NCBI GenBank assembly: GCA_015680685.1
Contig: MNCI01001640.1
Location: 63,563 to 127,562, forward strand
Length of the DNA stretch: 64,000 nucleotides
DNA from: Gnetum montanum
Taxonomy: Eukaryota; Plantae; Gnetophyta
Direction of reading: 5' to 3'
Shown one piece after another: positions 19,850 to 35,299 of the stretch. The first letter of the stretch is position 1. The number at the start of each line of letters is the position of its first letter. The position numbers and the translations under genes are program-made. Under the pieces are notes generated by a model that saw only the letters and a list, made by a program, of their open reading frames with translations, searched no databases and was not told the origin of the DNA.

Positions 19850-22800
19850 CTCTCCACCCTCATAGGATAGATGGATCTCTTAATGAATAGGTGAAGAGAT
19901 GATCCATAACTGGGCTAGCCAGGACCTCCCTAGGATCAAGTTGAACCTATGCATCTCTTCAACAATAATGAACATAGAAGTAGTGAGGAATTACTCCTCT
20001 CTCATGAAAGCTATCATGACTGGTCCCTTTATAATATGTGCTCCATTAAAGGATTTTAAGCATGTCATTTTGGTCAACTTGATCTGGTCAACCAGAACAA
20101 GTTTATCAATGAATAGGAATGGGATGATGTTGGTTTCCATCCCATCATCAACATGCACCTTGTAGATTCTCTATTGCCATACCCAAATAATTAGAAACAT
20201 TGGTGCATTGGTCACTTGGCCCTTTTCAAGATCAACTTTGACCACCTCATCACCAAAGTGTTGACCTCAACTCCTAGTTTGTGGATGAAAGTTTTATAGC
20301 ATGGATGGCTTTTTTTATCTATTGGAATATCTTCCTTGATAGGAATAGAGGTTAACACATAGACTAATGCCTCATGGTGAGTAAAGAAGATCATTATTAG
20401 GTCATACAAGTTCAAATTTGTGTTTTTTTGTTTAAGAGCTTATTTAACCTATGCTAGTACATCCAAGAATTTTTTTCCACTATTTGTTGTTTTGGTTGCC
20501 CTCACTTCTTTCATGAAACCCAAGAGACATATCTCTCAAGGAGGAGATTTAACCTTTGCTTATGCAGCGAGCTTCTAAGCCTCAATGCTTATTCATTGGT
20601 TACTTGCACTTGCATCAACATTCTAAGATGATGAGGCCATGAGGATCGTTGATAAGGGGATGAACTTAGGGGGACCTAACTCCATACATTTCCTAATCAT
20701 TTTCTTAATAAAATGCTCATCAAGTCTCTTAGGTTGCATCTTTGGGTAGTTAAAGTATGATGTAGTTCCGACCACCAAACCCTGAGCAGGTGGGGGATCC
20801 ACATATCATGGAACCTTGATGAGAAAGTATGTCTAGGTTACTATTACCATGACATGTTGTAGGGCCCTAACCACAACTAGTGTTATGGGAACCTAAGATG
20901 GTGTTTTGAAGATGAAAGTGGATTGTGGTTTAGTTGATGTTGTGGTCCCAATGATACCAAAGGGCACATCAACCAAAAATACTTCAAGCGTTAATTCTGC
21001 ATTGTCATCAACAGTAATGGTGTTGATGATATAGCCTATACCACTAGCATTGAAGGAGTCTTTGTAGACCTTCATTGATTGGTTTTCTAGTTGCACGAGA
21101 TTGCTATCATGAAGGACCAATTTTCCCTAATCAATCATGTGTTGAATGTCATCTTTTGATACCAAGTAGTAATCAATGTCATCGCCATGAAATTGATGAT
21201 AGTTGTCGAATTGGTCCAACCTAAACTTTTTAGGGACCAAGAGCTCATTTGGCATGGCTACTGAGGGGTTTCTAAATATGTCGTAGTACCACTCATGGAA
21301 CTTGTGTGCATCCTTAGACATCTGCCTATGCTGAATGCACCCAACACAAAGCAACTAGTCCAGAAGCTTGGATAGCTCGATAGGTAATGAGGGGTACTTT
21401 GAGTGATCCTTGTGCTCAAAGGTTGGCCCTAGGATAGCTTGTCCTATGGCCATTGGTGGTGCAAGCTAGTTGGTTCTTGTAGCACTAGAATCAGATGCTT
21501 TGTTGTTATTGGCTAGGGCATTAGGAACCTTCGATATTGGTTTAGTGTTCTTAGGCTTGGACATAACTATGATAGTTGTTGTTGCCTTACCCTTTTCCTT
21601 ATCCTTTTTCATGTGTGTACTTTTATAGGCCACATAGGATAGATCTTTACTAGCCTCTATTATGTCTTGTATGCTCTTTATTTTAGTAAAGGCTTAGCTC
21701 AAGGAGAGTGAGGCTAGATAGTATAGTTTTGACTTAATAAAGTCATTTGTGGCACCTTTAAAGATCACTAGAAGATGAGTTTCTTCTATCAGCTCATTAA
21801 TTTCATTTAGGGAAGTGCTCCAACATTGTATGAATTTTTGCACTAGCTCTAGAGGCCCCTGCTTGATGTCCATTAGTTGGTCCAGGGTGGCCTTAGGCTT
21901 CAAGTTGTACTTGAAGCAAGTTACAAATTGGCTGAGAAATTCTTCCAGTGTCAATATGGAAATGCTAGGAAGTGCATGGTAACAATCAAGTGCCTTGTCG
22001 ATTAAGGACATGGTAAAGATGTCGATGATTGAATGTGGCCATGCTTGTAGGAGTAGACATTCAGAATGGAAAGTTATGAGGTGGGAATTAGGATCCCCCT
22101 TACCATTGTATTTTGTGAACTAAGGAAGCTGGACCTTGGGTGGAAAAGTTAGTGATGGAACCACAGGACTGATGGAATCATCCTGGTAGAATTATATCAT
22201 GTGCATTTCTTTAAGTTGCCTAACCTCTTCCATTAGTGTTTGAATAATTTGGAACACCTGATCTAAACTTGAGGAAGATGTAAGTGGTTGCATCAATTGC
22301 ACTACCCATGGTGCCTTTTGAGCAGCCCACAACCCTGTTGTTGGCTAGGCAACAACATGAGACGCTTGTTGCATTTGTTGATATGTGTATTATTAGTTGT
22401 GCAACTACTATTCCATAGGTATGAGTGCTAGGATCTAGCACATAGTTGTGGCCTACGCTATTTTTGGAGGTGCCAATGAGATGGTTGGGATGAAGAACAC
22501 CTAACTCATTTGTGGGTAAGACAAAGGCATTGTGTGCACATATGGTTACATTGGCATCATAGATGCTAGCAAGAAAGGTTGTGTAGACTAGGTGGAGATG
22601 ACAAAGAGGAAGGTGGTATAGGGTCTTGCACCTTGATATGCATGTAATAGTTGGTTACTTTCCACCATAGGTGTGGACTTGGGGGGTGAGAGTGATGTTG
22701 CTACCTCAAAGAAGGCAGAAAACTGTGACTAGTGTAGGACAAAACTAGAAATGGGCTATTAGACAGAGGCATAAAATGGAATACTACTCTCTAAATGAGC

Positions 22801-23100
22801 CTTAAATTTATTTTCCCCATTCGACAAGGGTTCATCATAGTTTGATGTTGCATCATGTTCATTAGGCCCAGTTACTCTAATGAGTTGGTCTAGTAACCAA
22901 TGGAAGTTGTCAATGAGTGGGATGAAGGTGTCAAGTGTAGGAAGGAACTCTTTCTTGTTCAAATGTATGATTTTAAAGGTGCACTTGGAATCTAGTTCTT
23001 GGTAGTCTATGGATAGAACTAATTGAAGTTTAACACAAAGGAATTTGTATCTTTCATTGTTAAGTGCCATGTGCTCAGGTAGTTGGTTGTGCAGTCTAAG
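19850..23100 (-). pseudogene. gag: gag-protease of element C
   Basis: KYNGKGDPNSHL, LEEFLSQFVTCFKYN, IKQGPLE; protease HVDDGMETNIIP, FNLILGRSWL. Confidence 0.85.
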
Positions 23101-23646
23101 TGGCTATCATTGTGGCTATACGGGATTAAGTGGGTGCTTAATATCTACCACCTACTAGATAGGATGAGCCACATCTATGATTAGAAAAAAGGTTGAAGGG
23201 ATCATGAGATTCATGTTAATATGTAAAAATACAAGAAATGAGAGCATCAAATGAAAAATGATTAAGTGCATAGAACATTGGAAAAACTGTTAAGTATGAA
23301 AAACTATGAAAATAGGCCAAAAAATGACCAACTCTGGAAACACTACTAAAAAGTGACTAACTCTAGTGTTGTTCTCACTATGCCTTAAGAACTTGTTACA
23401 CTCTCTAGGACACCTAAAGCTTAACACAATAGACACAATTAGGCTTATGTCCTATGGGGTTCTAGGGAAATCGACAACTAAGATCAATCTACATCAACCG
23501 AATCATCGAGAACTCCTATACTAGCTTATAATTCAACTACTATTGTGGTAGGTCCACATGAATGTTACATATATTCTAGCTTTAAACTAGTAATGGAGGT
23601 GTAGAAAGTACATGAGACTATTCTTGAACACCGAAGGAATGGAAGG

Positions 23647-23663
23647 CCCTTCTTCTAGTGCCA
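23647..23663 (-). other. Primer-binding site, element C
   Basis: TGGCACTAGAAGAAGGG on the minus strand. Confidence 0.8.
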
Positions 23664-25899
23664 AAAACCATAATGGCCATAAATGTCGATGACTAGAACA
23701 CTGATAGGTTAGTGGGTGTATAGCCTAATCATGAGTCCATGTCAGGGCCATGTTGGAAAATAAAAATGAGGTGCCTTGAATTGTCTTTTCTATTAGATAG
23801 GGACTTACAAGGTGTTAGAACGATAGTGTGTGAGAGGCATTATCTAGCGTTACGTACAGGCACCAGAGCCAGCTAAGTCGAAGCGTAGTTAGGTGTTCCA
23901 GCCTAGGAACAACAATGTAAACATGAAATATGTATGAAACAATGAGTAAATGCAACAGAACTTAAGAACAAAACTGCACCACCCCGAACAAGGGAGCATA
24001 GTTATTGCAAGAAAAGAGGTGAGAGTGGTACACAGTGTACAAGCAGTGTAGTAGTGTAGTCACAGTCTCTAGGACATTCAAGATGTGAAACTAATGAATG
24101 CTATGGGGACTAAGCCTACTAGGTTGGTTATTGTTATGTTTCACAAGTAGAGTGGTGAACTACATTTTGGAATGTGCCAAAGTGTAAAGCACTAGGTGTG
24201 CTCAAGTGCTTAGGTGTGAGAGTGATAAGGATGGTCAAAAAGTCAAAATGTCCAATTTTATTTTCATTTACCAAACCCTATAATTCCAAATGTAGGGGTA
24301 TTTATAGGGCTACGGTTAGCATGAAATGTAGATTAGGCACCACGTGGAATGAGGGTTAGTGTGAAATGAGAACTGGGTGCCACATGGCAATGAGGGTAGA
24401 TGGGGCTATGCTCCCATGGAAGTAACAAAGTGATATGCTCTAGAGTACTACAATGGATCCTTAGAGATTATCAAACTATGAATACACTACCAAGATTGCA
24501 TATGCTAGAATTTTGAAAGACCATAATGTACTTACAAATAATGAAAAATAGTGCAACTTGGAGGCTACACTCTAGGACTATGTCTTCCGCTCTTTTGAGT
24601 AGGGTGAAGCATAGGAACAATTTTGGGGACCAATGGGGGTGAAAAAGACATATAAATTGCTAATCTTGCTTACCAAGGAAATGTCAAAGCTAAGGTGAAG
24701 GCTAATGCTAATTTCCTGAGGCTTTTGGACGTTATCAAAGGCTTTTCTTCAATGTCACATTAGCTATGCTCTAGAGGTAGCATAACATAGTCAAATTCTG
24801 TAAAATTTGATATCCAACACTATTTATGTTGGCTACATTGTGGAGCATAGTAGATCATAGTACAACATAGTAGGGATACATAGCCAAGATTTGATAGAAT
24901 CTGTAGTCTTTGTTCATGGTACACTAACTATGATCTGGGGTGTAGCAGGAGTGGTATGCTTAGGAGTTAGAAAATTTTCCAAATGTGTCTTCCATGTTGA
25001 GCTCTCTTGACAACTTCTTGCCTAACACTTAAGTAAAATTGGCCACTAAAAAGTGTGTTACACTAGCTACGTTGGGAAGTATAGCAAAGCATAGCAACCT
25101 AGGAGATAGAAAATTTGCTGAACTGTTTTGTCCATCAGAAGCAATCTTGACAACCTGTACCTTGGCACTTAGGTAAACTAGTGATGGAAATGTATGCTAT
25201 ACTAACTATGCTCTAAAGCATAGTAGGCAGAGTGAGAGTATAGTAGGAAACCTAGAACAATTTTCATGCAACTGCTATTGACACTTAGAAAATTTTGCAA
25301 AATAAGAATTGATGCATGGTACACTTGCTATGCTAGGGAGCATAACACCAACACTTAGAAAATTTTTTCAAGTTTTGACACTTAGACAAAATTTCCATTG
25401 AAGTGCTGAAGCTTGAAATTGGTGGTGTTTTAGTAGGTGTCCACCACTTAATGAAAAATAAGACATGAAAATGGCTAATTATCAAAGGTTGTTATATTTT
25501 TTATGAACTCTTTAGTAGTTTAATAAGAAGAATAATGAAAAAAAAAATTCTTAGAAGAGAATATATCTAGTTCTCCAAAGTCAAACTTAACTTAATTGAC
25601 ATCAAAAATAGACTCATTTTGCACATCCATTAGATCTGTGATAACATTAGAATGTTTAGTAGAAAATAGGACTATAGGGTTTTATACAAGTTTCATCTTG
25701 GTATTAGCTACTTTGTCACTAAGTTAATAAAATTGAGTTTCTCAATCTAGGAAATAAATACTTGGGATCTATTTATCTACTAATATAATTATCTCATACT
25801 TATGAATAGGGATGTGTATCTCTTGATATATAGGAGAAGATATAGCTTGGTGTTGAGCTAGCTAAGATCATCCTAGTATACTATTGATGCTAGGACATT

Positions 25900-28800
25900 C
25901 ATGTATCATCATGAAAATAGCTTTAATTTGTACTACATTACCTACCATTAAAGGTAATATAATGAAACATATAACATCTATTCATGTACCAATAAAAGTA
26001 ACAAGGTTAGTATAGGTTTCATTGAAATCCACATTATCATGGAGACTACGATGCTTGATAATAGTCCATGTGATCATATTTGATTTGGCACTATCATCAA
26101 TATACATCAGTGAATCTAAATATTTTGAATACATCTTAATGATAATGCAAAATGGTAGTTGATAAATATCTTCCATTTTCAAGTTAGTCTTCATACTCTC
26201 ACCATTAAAGTTTAGACTATCTAATCCATAATAAGAAACTTGAAGAAAAGAATATATGACTTCCATTTGAGTTGGAATGTCACTTGGGATTATGATTATC
26301 TTAAAAATTTCATATAGTACAACACAATGTTCATTACAAGTTTCCATGAGGTTATACTAGGAAATGTTGGAATTTGTAGAATGGACAATGATGCTCATTT
26401 ATTATAGAATGTTATTTTCATAGGCTAAGATGTTTATTAAGCATGTGCTACTATAATTGGTTGAATAGTATAAGATGAATATGGAAGGTAACTTAAGTTA
26501 TTAGATTCCTGCTGTTACTAGAAGAATACCTTCTTTATTATCTTAGAAGGTTACTTTTATGTATTAATAATGTTCTTCTTATATTTAGCTTATTTTGACT
26601 AATTAGTCTATTGATTGTGGGTAAGGATTTTCATTTGAAATGAGGGGAGAATATTAGAAGATGTTTGAGATGTAGTAGATGTAGAGTATTCTAGGGATGG
26701 ATATGGTATGGATGAGAATTGGATGAATGTCCAGATTGAATGGGATTGGAAGGGTGGGAATTGATATCATAAATGTGATAGGAAGATGAAGAAGAATAAT
26801 TTTTTTCAATGATGTAGTGGCATACTTAGATCAATGGATCACATAAGTTTTCTAAGATTGTAATGATAATTATCTAGGCTATTTGTAGTTAGACAAATAG
26901 ATGATGTAAGATTCATTGGGTGGAGACTTCTGAGCTTTGGATTCAAGCTTGAAAGCTAAAATTGTGCCTCTAGATCCCAAGAAATTATAAAACACTTCAA
27001 GCTATTAATTATTTAAATACATTGTATATGGATTAACCTCCACCACTATTTTACCCTTATCAATAAGATATGGATATCATCTTTTAGATTCATGTTCTTA
27101 TCTATGTCATTTCCAATAGTCTCATGATAATAGCAATACTTCCAATAGTCATATCACTTAGGCAAACAATGGTTACATTCTTAACTTTTAAAAGGATCCA
27201 TAGCTATCAAATAAATGTGATGATAGCATTCTCTTAGTTGATCAAAAACTTGATTCTTCCTAAGGTGATCATCGCTAAGAAGATTGCTCAAAATTAGAGA
27301 GTACCTCATAGGTGTCTTGGTGTACTAGGCTCTACTCCTTTAAGGCCTACATTACTATGTGGGAAATTAAACAATTACGAAAGTGTCATTTTTTTCCTTA
27401 AAGAAAGAAGAAACACCTGTATAAGTTTGTGAGTCCTCTCCTATATTCTAGCCTTAGTAGTCTTGTTACCGATTGACATGAATTCCTAGTCATTAATTGA
27501 ATAGTTATTTTTTTAGTACATCTAGTAGCTAGAAAAGCATAATTTAGATAATGAGGCTTAGAATAAGCCATCCTCTTTTGAATGTAGTCAATGACTACAA
27601 CTTCAAATATGTCTTATAGGTGACATTCCTCAAAGTGATAGGGTAGTTTCATTAATGTCAATGCCCATCAAGAGATTAATTTATTAATGGGCTTATTTGA
27701 AGCTTATTTAATGGCACTAAAGGACATTAAACTTGTACTTTGGTGCATATTAAACTTGAAGCACTCAATGAAGGCTATGCGTAGTTGCTCTAGAGAGGTG
27801 ATAGATCCATGTGCTAGGTACCTATACCATTCCAAAGCTCTTCCAGAAAGAGAGTTTGAAAAGCATCCTAGCATAATATATGGGTAAGGGACCATAAACA
27901 TACATTCACTTTAGAATATGACCAAATGATTCATGGGGTCCCTTATTTTTCCATTGTACTTAGTGAAAGTAGGTAGCACAACTCCCTTAGGAAAGATGGA
28001 TAAAGAAATCATAGAGCTTATGAAATTACTTAAGACCTAATCTAAGAAAATAGGAGAACTTCCTTACATGCTTAGTTCCTTTATCATTTTTTCTTCATTT
28101 TTTGAAGATACAACATCATTTCATTAGGTAGTGTAAGCAACTATGGATCTATTCTACGAAAGTTAATAGTAGGTTGGAATATAGTAGTAGGTAAGGATGT
28201 TATGGAAGGATACATATAGAAGATGAATCCAGGAGCTATAGGATTGGGTATATCCAAGGAGATTGGATTAGATGGATATACCAAAAAATATAACATACTA
28301 GTAGATTAAGGAATGCTAAATAACTATAAAGGGGAAGAAGAGAGTGAAAAATGGCTAGATGGTTAGTATGGTAGGTTTTGGTTAAGGAATAGAATGGATA
28401 TTTCCAAATGGAATAGAGGATTGAAAAATGGTATATGGATTGTTTATATTATTAGGTAAAAATAACTAATATGATGAAATAAAACATGAGGGAAGGTTAA
28501 AAGGTTTGTTAATTGATGGAATAGATCCAGGTGTAGTAGTCTAGAGTAGCTAAAACTTTGATATTATGAAATATGATAAGAAAGGGGGTTGCTTTGCCAA
28601 GATCTATTATTAGTTTCTCTTCATCTTTATCTATTAAATGGATGTTAAATTTAGACATTGTGCTTTCCCTTCTTCCTCAAGAAGTTATGTGTGAACCAAG
28701 AAGCTAATCTAGGATATTCTTTGTATTAGCCTTTTTAATCTTTAAGTAAATACATTCCTATAGCTTCTCTTGCTCCATGATGAATGCTACTATTTATTAG

Positions 28801-31000
28801 CTTTCCCATCTTCTAGTTTAATTAGATGATTTAGATTGGAAGGAAAGCATGATAGATCATTAGTGTTCTCATATTCTACCATGAGCTTAAACATATTAAG
28901 TGTTAGAAGATAGCCAACTCCCACTTGGCACAATCCATTTTGTAGTCCTTCAAGCTTAGTCCTCCTAAAAATGCTTAATTTCTCCTCAGACCCATTAGCC
29001 TTTGGATCTTGGAGAAGCTTGAGGTAGATGATATGACCATAGTAATAACTATAAAAATAATGTAATTTCATAGAGCTATTACTAGTGCATTAGTTCATCC
29101 TTACAAATAGGTTTGTACTTTAAAAAAGAGTTGAGAATTTTTGGTTTTAAAGAAAATGTTAAATTCATAGAGATCAATGTGGCATCAAATTGTTTTACAT
29201 AGCATATCAATAAGAGTTAACAATGAAAAATAAAGTGACTACACAATAGTTTTAGAAAGTTAATGTGACATGTCTATTTTAATGCAACATGTCAGTAGTA
29301 CTTGGAAAAAGTGTAGAAGCAATATAATGTAAAAAATATTAGCATAGAGTAGATCTTAAAAATAATGTTTAGTTTTGTGGGGGACCTTCTTCTAGGACTA
29401 GAAATATGTTGTGGTAATGATCATCATAAACTATGATTTGATATAACCTAACATGAAACTAAGCTAGGAAATCGCATGGCCACCAAACAATATAGGAAAA
29501 CTAATTTTTAACTAATTTTCCTCAAATCCAAAGGGATCTTATAGATCGTTATAAAAATCTAACAACATGAGCTAAACATTTTTTCAAAATGTTAGATTAA
29601 AAGTAGAAAGAAAATTTTTTTGCATGGAATAACTAGTAGAAAATAAGTAAAAATTACATATAATGTAGATCTAAATAAAATAAAGCATGGTGTGTGGCTA
29701 ACAAGAAAGGGTGATTAATGACATATGACAAAATGAAATAGATATAATTCTTTAAAGTGTTAAATTAAAGAAGAAAATGGAGAAAAATAGAAAATATATT
29801 TGCAACATATCTAGATAGTACTAGAGTAAAAGAATTAAAAAAGGTAAGATCCAAATTATAAGAGAAATTAGAAAATAAAAACCTAATAGAAATATTCCAA
29901 GATATGTATTAGGGATCAAAAACATCTGACAAGGAACTTGGTTATTTCATTCTATCTCTGATGCATGCATCTAATGTAGATTTCACAAGAATACTACATA
30001 TTCAAAAATTGATAAAGCAAATGGATGGATTAGATCAATGTGGGAACTTGATCTTGAGAAACTCTCCATGAGATAGGAGAAGAATACTAAAGGAAGATAA
30101 TATGTTAGTAAAGGAAAAGAGGAATAGAAATCAAAGGAGGTGATATCTCTAGAGGACAAACTAGTTGTTTTATAGAGAGGTAGAGTCCATGGAAAAGGTT
30201 TCGTAGTCATCTAAGAAAAAGAACTAAAACTATGAAAAGTAGTAAATATAGTTACCAAATTCTATGTAGACATTGATTTTTTTCAAAAGATAACTAGAGA
30301 AAAATGCTAACCAACAACCTCTTCATTTAGAAGTATCCTCCTATTTATAGGTTGAAAATGCCTCGTAGATCATGAAAAAATGATGTAATGAGGTCCATAG
30401 AATCTTTTGGAATGTTAAAGAGAGGAGAATTGATGTGTAGTTAATTGTTATAAAATTTTATATCAAACAAAAAATGTAGGATTAATGTTGAATACCAAAC
30501 ACTAAAAGTAGAATCAATGCTGGACATTGAAACTAGGAGTTGTAGAGGATAAAACAAAAACAACATTGTTGATGATGCAAGAAATAACTTCCAATTAGAT
30601 TTGAATATGGAGACTAGAATCTAATTTGTAGATGATGCAAGATGATGAATATGGACTATTAAAAATGGATTTAATGCTAAAAATCCATAGAAAGGACTTG
30701 GGACTCAAGCTTATGCAGAAAATCCCAAAGTGAATACAATAGCACTTAAAGAAAGATACTTTTCTAAAAAGGAATTATATCCAAGTAGTCCAATGATGCA
30801 AATCAAAATTAATGAAAAAAATCATGATGGAAATCCAAAGTCAATCTTATTTCATTATTTTCATGCCTTGATTAGGGACTTTCTCCTCTCAAGCTTACTA
30901 ACATTTGATTAGAATTGATGGACTAATCATCTACATATCACATAGAATAGGTATGTAATGTGATGAATTCTATTGAATATTGATCATATCACATTGATCT
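25900..31000 (-). mobile_element. Old AT-rich Tat-like element D (LTR remnant, degenerate PBS near 29385-29400, gag and protease remnants)
   Basis: FTKYNGK..DPMNHL and SLSGRALEWYRYLAHGSITSLEQLRIAFIECF at 27700-27970; protease-like YIDDSAKSNMI near 26090; PBS-like TAGTCCTAGAAGAAGG; TATA near 30345; boundaries approximate. Confidence 0.7.
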
Positions 31001-32072
31001 CTTTTGATTAAGTAAAAAAATAATATGGAAAAGAATCTTCATATTATCATAGCTTAGTTAAGCACTGTTGATGCTAGGTTGGCTCGGTAAGACCTCCACC
31101 TTAAAATTAGCAAAAGAGATGAGACTACCATGATGAATTACAAGAAAATACCTTGTGATCCTACCCAATACTATTTCACTATGTTCATGTGTAATTTAAG
31201 TGACCTAAATGGAATACCTGATGGGCAATACCTAATGTACCATAATCAATATCTTTCACCTCTAAGTATGCCTAATTCTCAATTTAATAATTAAAGGTCT
31301 CATAGATGATAGACATGAATTAGTAATAGAGGAGGAATCCTTAATGCCATATCAAAAATTTATTTTTTGTAATATTTCTCTTCATTTATTAAATAGGTTG
31401 TTGTGATTAGCTAGGATTTTTTGCAATTTTTGAGATTAAAGAATTATCAATTATAATATTTTTTATTCCCTTCCTTTAGGGTGTTTTTGTTTGTGTATGT
31501 GTATGAAAAAATTAATGAATGTGATTTATGAATGATTACACAATAATTCAATGGTGGATGGATGAGTTATAAATGTGATGAGGATGTGAGAGTGCTAAAT
31601 GGATTCAAACTAGAACCTTGATTGATAGAATATTCACACAACAAAATTCATCCATCCAATTTTCTTCTATCCATATCTACTTAATGAAGATTAGATTTAG
31701 TAGGTATCTAGGACTCACACTACAAGCTATTGAAGCTAATGCTACCTAAACCATGGGTAGCTATCAGGTTCACATCTTAGGTATGAGTTTTGGAATCCCA
31801 AATTTTTTTTAATCATTGGTAAGAAAAGGATGTGTTATCAAGGATCCTTATGATCTATGGATGGGTCTAATTAGTATGATTAGATCAAGTTACACATGTT
31901 ATCCTACTTAAACATGTTGATTAAAAGAGATTCATGATTTCATGAACCTATACATGCCATGTGGTGGGGAATTAATTTTCGTGATTTGTGAAAGTTGAAG
32001 ACTCTAGATGATAATCTAACATTCCAATTATTTCCATCCTTCATAAAAAACCTCTCCTCATATGAAAATGAA

Positions 32073-32095
32073 ACACACACACACACACACACACA
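32073..32095. repeat. (AC)n microsatellite
   Basis: About 11 AC units. Confidence 0.95.
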
Positions 32096-33857
32096 TATAT
32101 AAAGAAAACAAAGAAAAATATTAGTAAAATAACAATGAAAATAAGAAGAGGTGATGGAAAGAGTAATGTAGCATAAGCTTATTGATCAGTATAAATTTGT
32201 ACTTTTACAATTTGAACCAATCTCATAACTGCTTACATCAAAATTAGATTAGTGGTTAAAGCCATACCCATACAAGTCTTTCTCATATTCAACCCATTGC
32301 TTAGATCAACTACTTCCAAAATATCATAGTCAAAGATAATCTATTTCTCATCACTATCCATGACTATGAAGGCTAGGAAGTCTCTCCCTTAGTGGACTTT
32401 GATAATATTAGTTGATTCTTCCATGAAAATACCAAATTATTTTCTTCCCTAGCTCAACATCAACATTCTTGACCTAAACATTGCTCACATTTGAACTCAT
32501 GATTTCTCCTTTATCTCACTATATTTTTGTAATCTTTGCTTGGATGTGGGCTTAATAAGCATATACAAGGCAATCAATGATATGTTTCTGATAAAGTAAA
32601 ATTTAGGAAGTCTATCATGCATACATGCATAGATGGAGAAAAATCAAATTTGTTACATCCCCATTTCCAGATGATGCTACTACATAACAAATATGATGCC
32701 TTTTCATAACAATACTTATCATTATCTTCAAAAGCTCAAAAAGGATAGTTGTAATTCAGACCCAAAAGGATGGATTATAATAATTGATGTGTCTATTGAG
32801 ATAACCTTTGGGGGTTTGACCTAAGGCATTTATACATAGGCTTAGAGGTCATGCTAGGCAAGAAGTGGTAGAGCCAGTAAAGGTAAGTCATGAGAGCTAG
32901 GTGAAGTTGGAAAAGAAGAGGACTAGCCATATCTTCTAGTTAGTTGTAGGCCTAACCATGGTGGCAGTGTTGGATTTCCTATAAGGGATAGATGCCAAAA
33001 GAAGAAAACCCCAAGAAACACTCTCAAATCATGATCTAGATACTCCATTCCAAATCAATAAAGCATTTTCTTTATTTTTATTCATTTTTCTGCTATGCAT
33101 GACATTGAATGTTACATATATTTCATGTTTGATATATTTTATTCTTATGAATAATGTCTTATATAACTTAAATTTGACATTTTCCATGACATCTGGGAAT
33201 GTGATGTCACAAAATAATTATCTTAACTTCTAGATGTTTAGTGGTACATTGAATTGGCTTGATCTTACTAATGGTTGACCATAGAACAATTGAGGGTAGA
33301 TGAAACTAGAAGTAATAGGTATGACCTTATACTTAAAAGGAAGACTTTGATGTCAATCCCTAATTTATGGGTGAGTTGTAGTAAAATGATGTAATAGCAT
33401 ATCTTTCATGGGATGTAGGACATGCTCATGTGTATCATGAGATGATTCAATGATTGGATAGGAATCTAGTAATGTTGCACATTCACCCTTCTCTCTCTTA
33501 CCTATTACTTGTTCTTCATCTTTTCTATTTCATTCCTTATCCATTGTTATGTGTGGTACTAAGTTGATTTGGAAAAACAAAGGTTCAGATTTGTTCATCC
33601 AAGAAATGAGCTCAAATTTGATGCTAATGTTTCATTAATTATTGAGAATCCATAGGTGTCTCATCAATAGGTTTCATAAGGATAAAATAATATAAGTTCT
33701 TATTATGAGTAGGATCTACTTATGAATCCTTGATGAATTAGCATTGCACATGGATAACTAAAAGCTTATCTTCCAATGATGGTGACGATTGCATTGCATA
33801 AGGTGCTGGATTTATCTTCCACTTGTGTGATTATCAATTCTTCATATTTTAAGATTT

Positions 33858-33955
33858 GATCATAATAAATTCTCTTCCTATATTCTATTATTCTTATTGT
33901 TTTCATATCATAATAAATTCTCTTCCTATATTCCATTATTCTTAGTGTTTTCATC
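33858..33955. repeat. Local tandem duplication, two copies of about 49 bp
   Basis: TCATAATAAATTCTCTTCCTATATTC... occurs twice in tandem. Confidence 0.9.
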
Positions 33956-35299
33956 ATTCATCCATATTCTAACCCCTATTTCATAGGTTTTGATTGATAA
34001 AAATGAATACACTAATTAATTAACTCAATCTCCATGATTATTGATGTCATAAAAGGTATGTTTATAAAATTTTTATTTTATTTTCCTTTTAACATATTAT
34101 TAGGTCAAGTCATGGTGATTTGAGCATGTTTTAAACCTTTCACAAAGGTTTAGTGGTTGAAGAACATAAGATCAAAATGTATGTGGTGAAGTATGTCATT
34201 TTCCCTTACTTGGGAGGATGTGTTGATGGATAGCATAGGGACATCAGTGCCCATATACTAGTGCACCATCTCCCAACACTTTGCTCCCCTTATGCACTAA
34301 TAGATAAGTATACATAATTAGGGAAATGGGAATCTTTCCAAATACATTTTCACACTTTACAATTTCATTTTCTATTTTCTTTTGCTCCCTTTTTGGCACA
34401 AACAAGTAATACTCTACTAGATTTGCATCACAATGGTTAGATTAATAATGTTTCCTGAATGCATTCTTCGTGATCTTTCTTTTCCTTGGTGTTCTAACCA
34501 TGGTCCATTCCTAGTTTTTTTTAACTCAATCATGAGGAAGAGGCATCAATTAAGATATGTGTTTAATGAATTTGATAGATATTTCAATATTTCTACCTTA
34601 TTTATACTTGCCCATGCATGTCACAATTCAACAATTGTGATAATCTTTCTCATGTGTTTCCAAGGATTCTATTTATCATTATATTGTATGTAATTTTTTT
34701 AATAGTAGTATGATGCCTAGGGAAGTTACTTGAGTTCTAAAAGTCTTTACAACTCATCATGGTAGAGCAATTTCAATCAAAGATCTATAAACCAAAGAGG
34801 GGCTAAGGTTGAATAATCTCAATCCTTTGTCTACAAACCCTTGTGTAAACCACCAATTTCCTAGGAAGAGGAAGGGAAAGAACTTATATCTTTTGATCTA
34901 AAACCTACTAGTTTTGCGCTAGAAATACCTTCACCTAGAGGTAGATCAAGAGATAGGAACTCATGTTCTTCATCGTTGGATTGAATGCATGCACAACAAT
35001 AGGTAACCAATCAAGTAATAGAGGAGCTAACAAAGGATGATGATTATGAACTAGATGAAATCTAAGAAGGTGTGAGTGCACATGATGTTCAGAAGTAAAA
35101 AATCCCTAAGAAGAAGAATTACTATCAATTCCTTGAACTTGATCCTCCTAAGCTCAAGGAGTTGTTGTAGCAGATGGGTTTCCATGAGTTCATCACCTAG
35201 TTATTTACTTGGTACTAGCATGAGGTAGAGGAATTATACCAACACCTCAATTTTAATGGTGCCATGTCTTTCATTATTGGAGTCCATATGCCTATATTA

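Larger units (their letters stand above)
19583..25480 (-). mobile_element. Tat-like element C (5' LTR, PBS, gag-pro), interrupted by copy B just downstream of the protease
   Basis: gag and protease homologous to B and F; PBS at 23647-23663; LTR 23669-~25480 with TATA near 24300; right boundary approximate. Confidence 0.8.

Noticed and set aside
34200-34230. Copia-like PPT/LTR start (CTTGGGAGGATGTGTTGA)
   Set aside because: No recognisable copia domains or matching LTR nearby; too decayed to call
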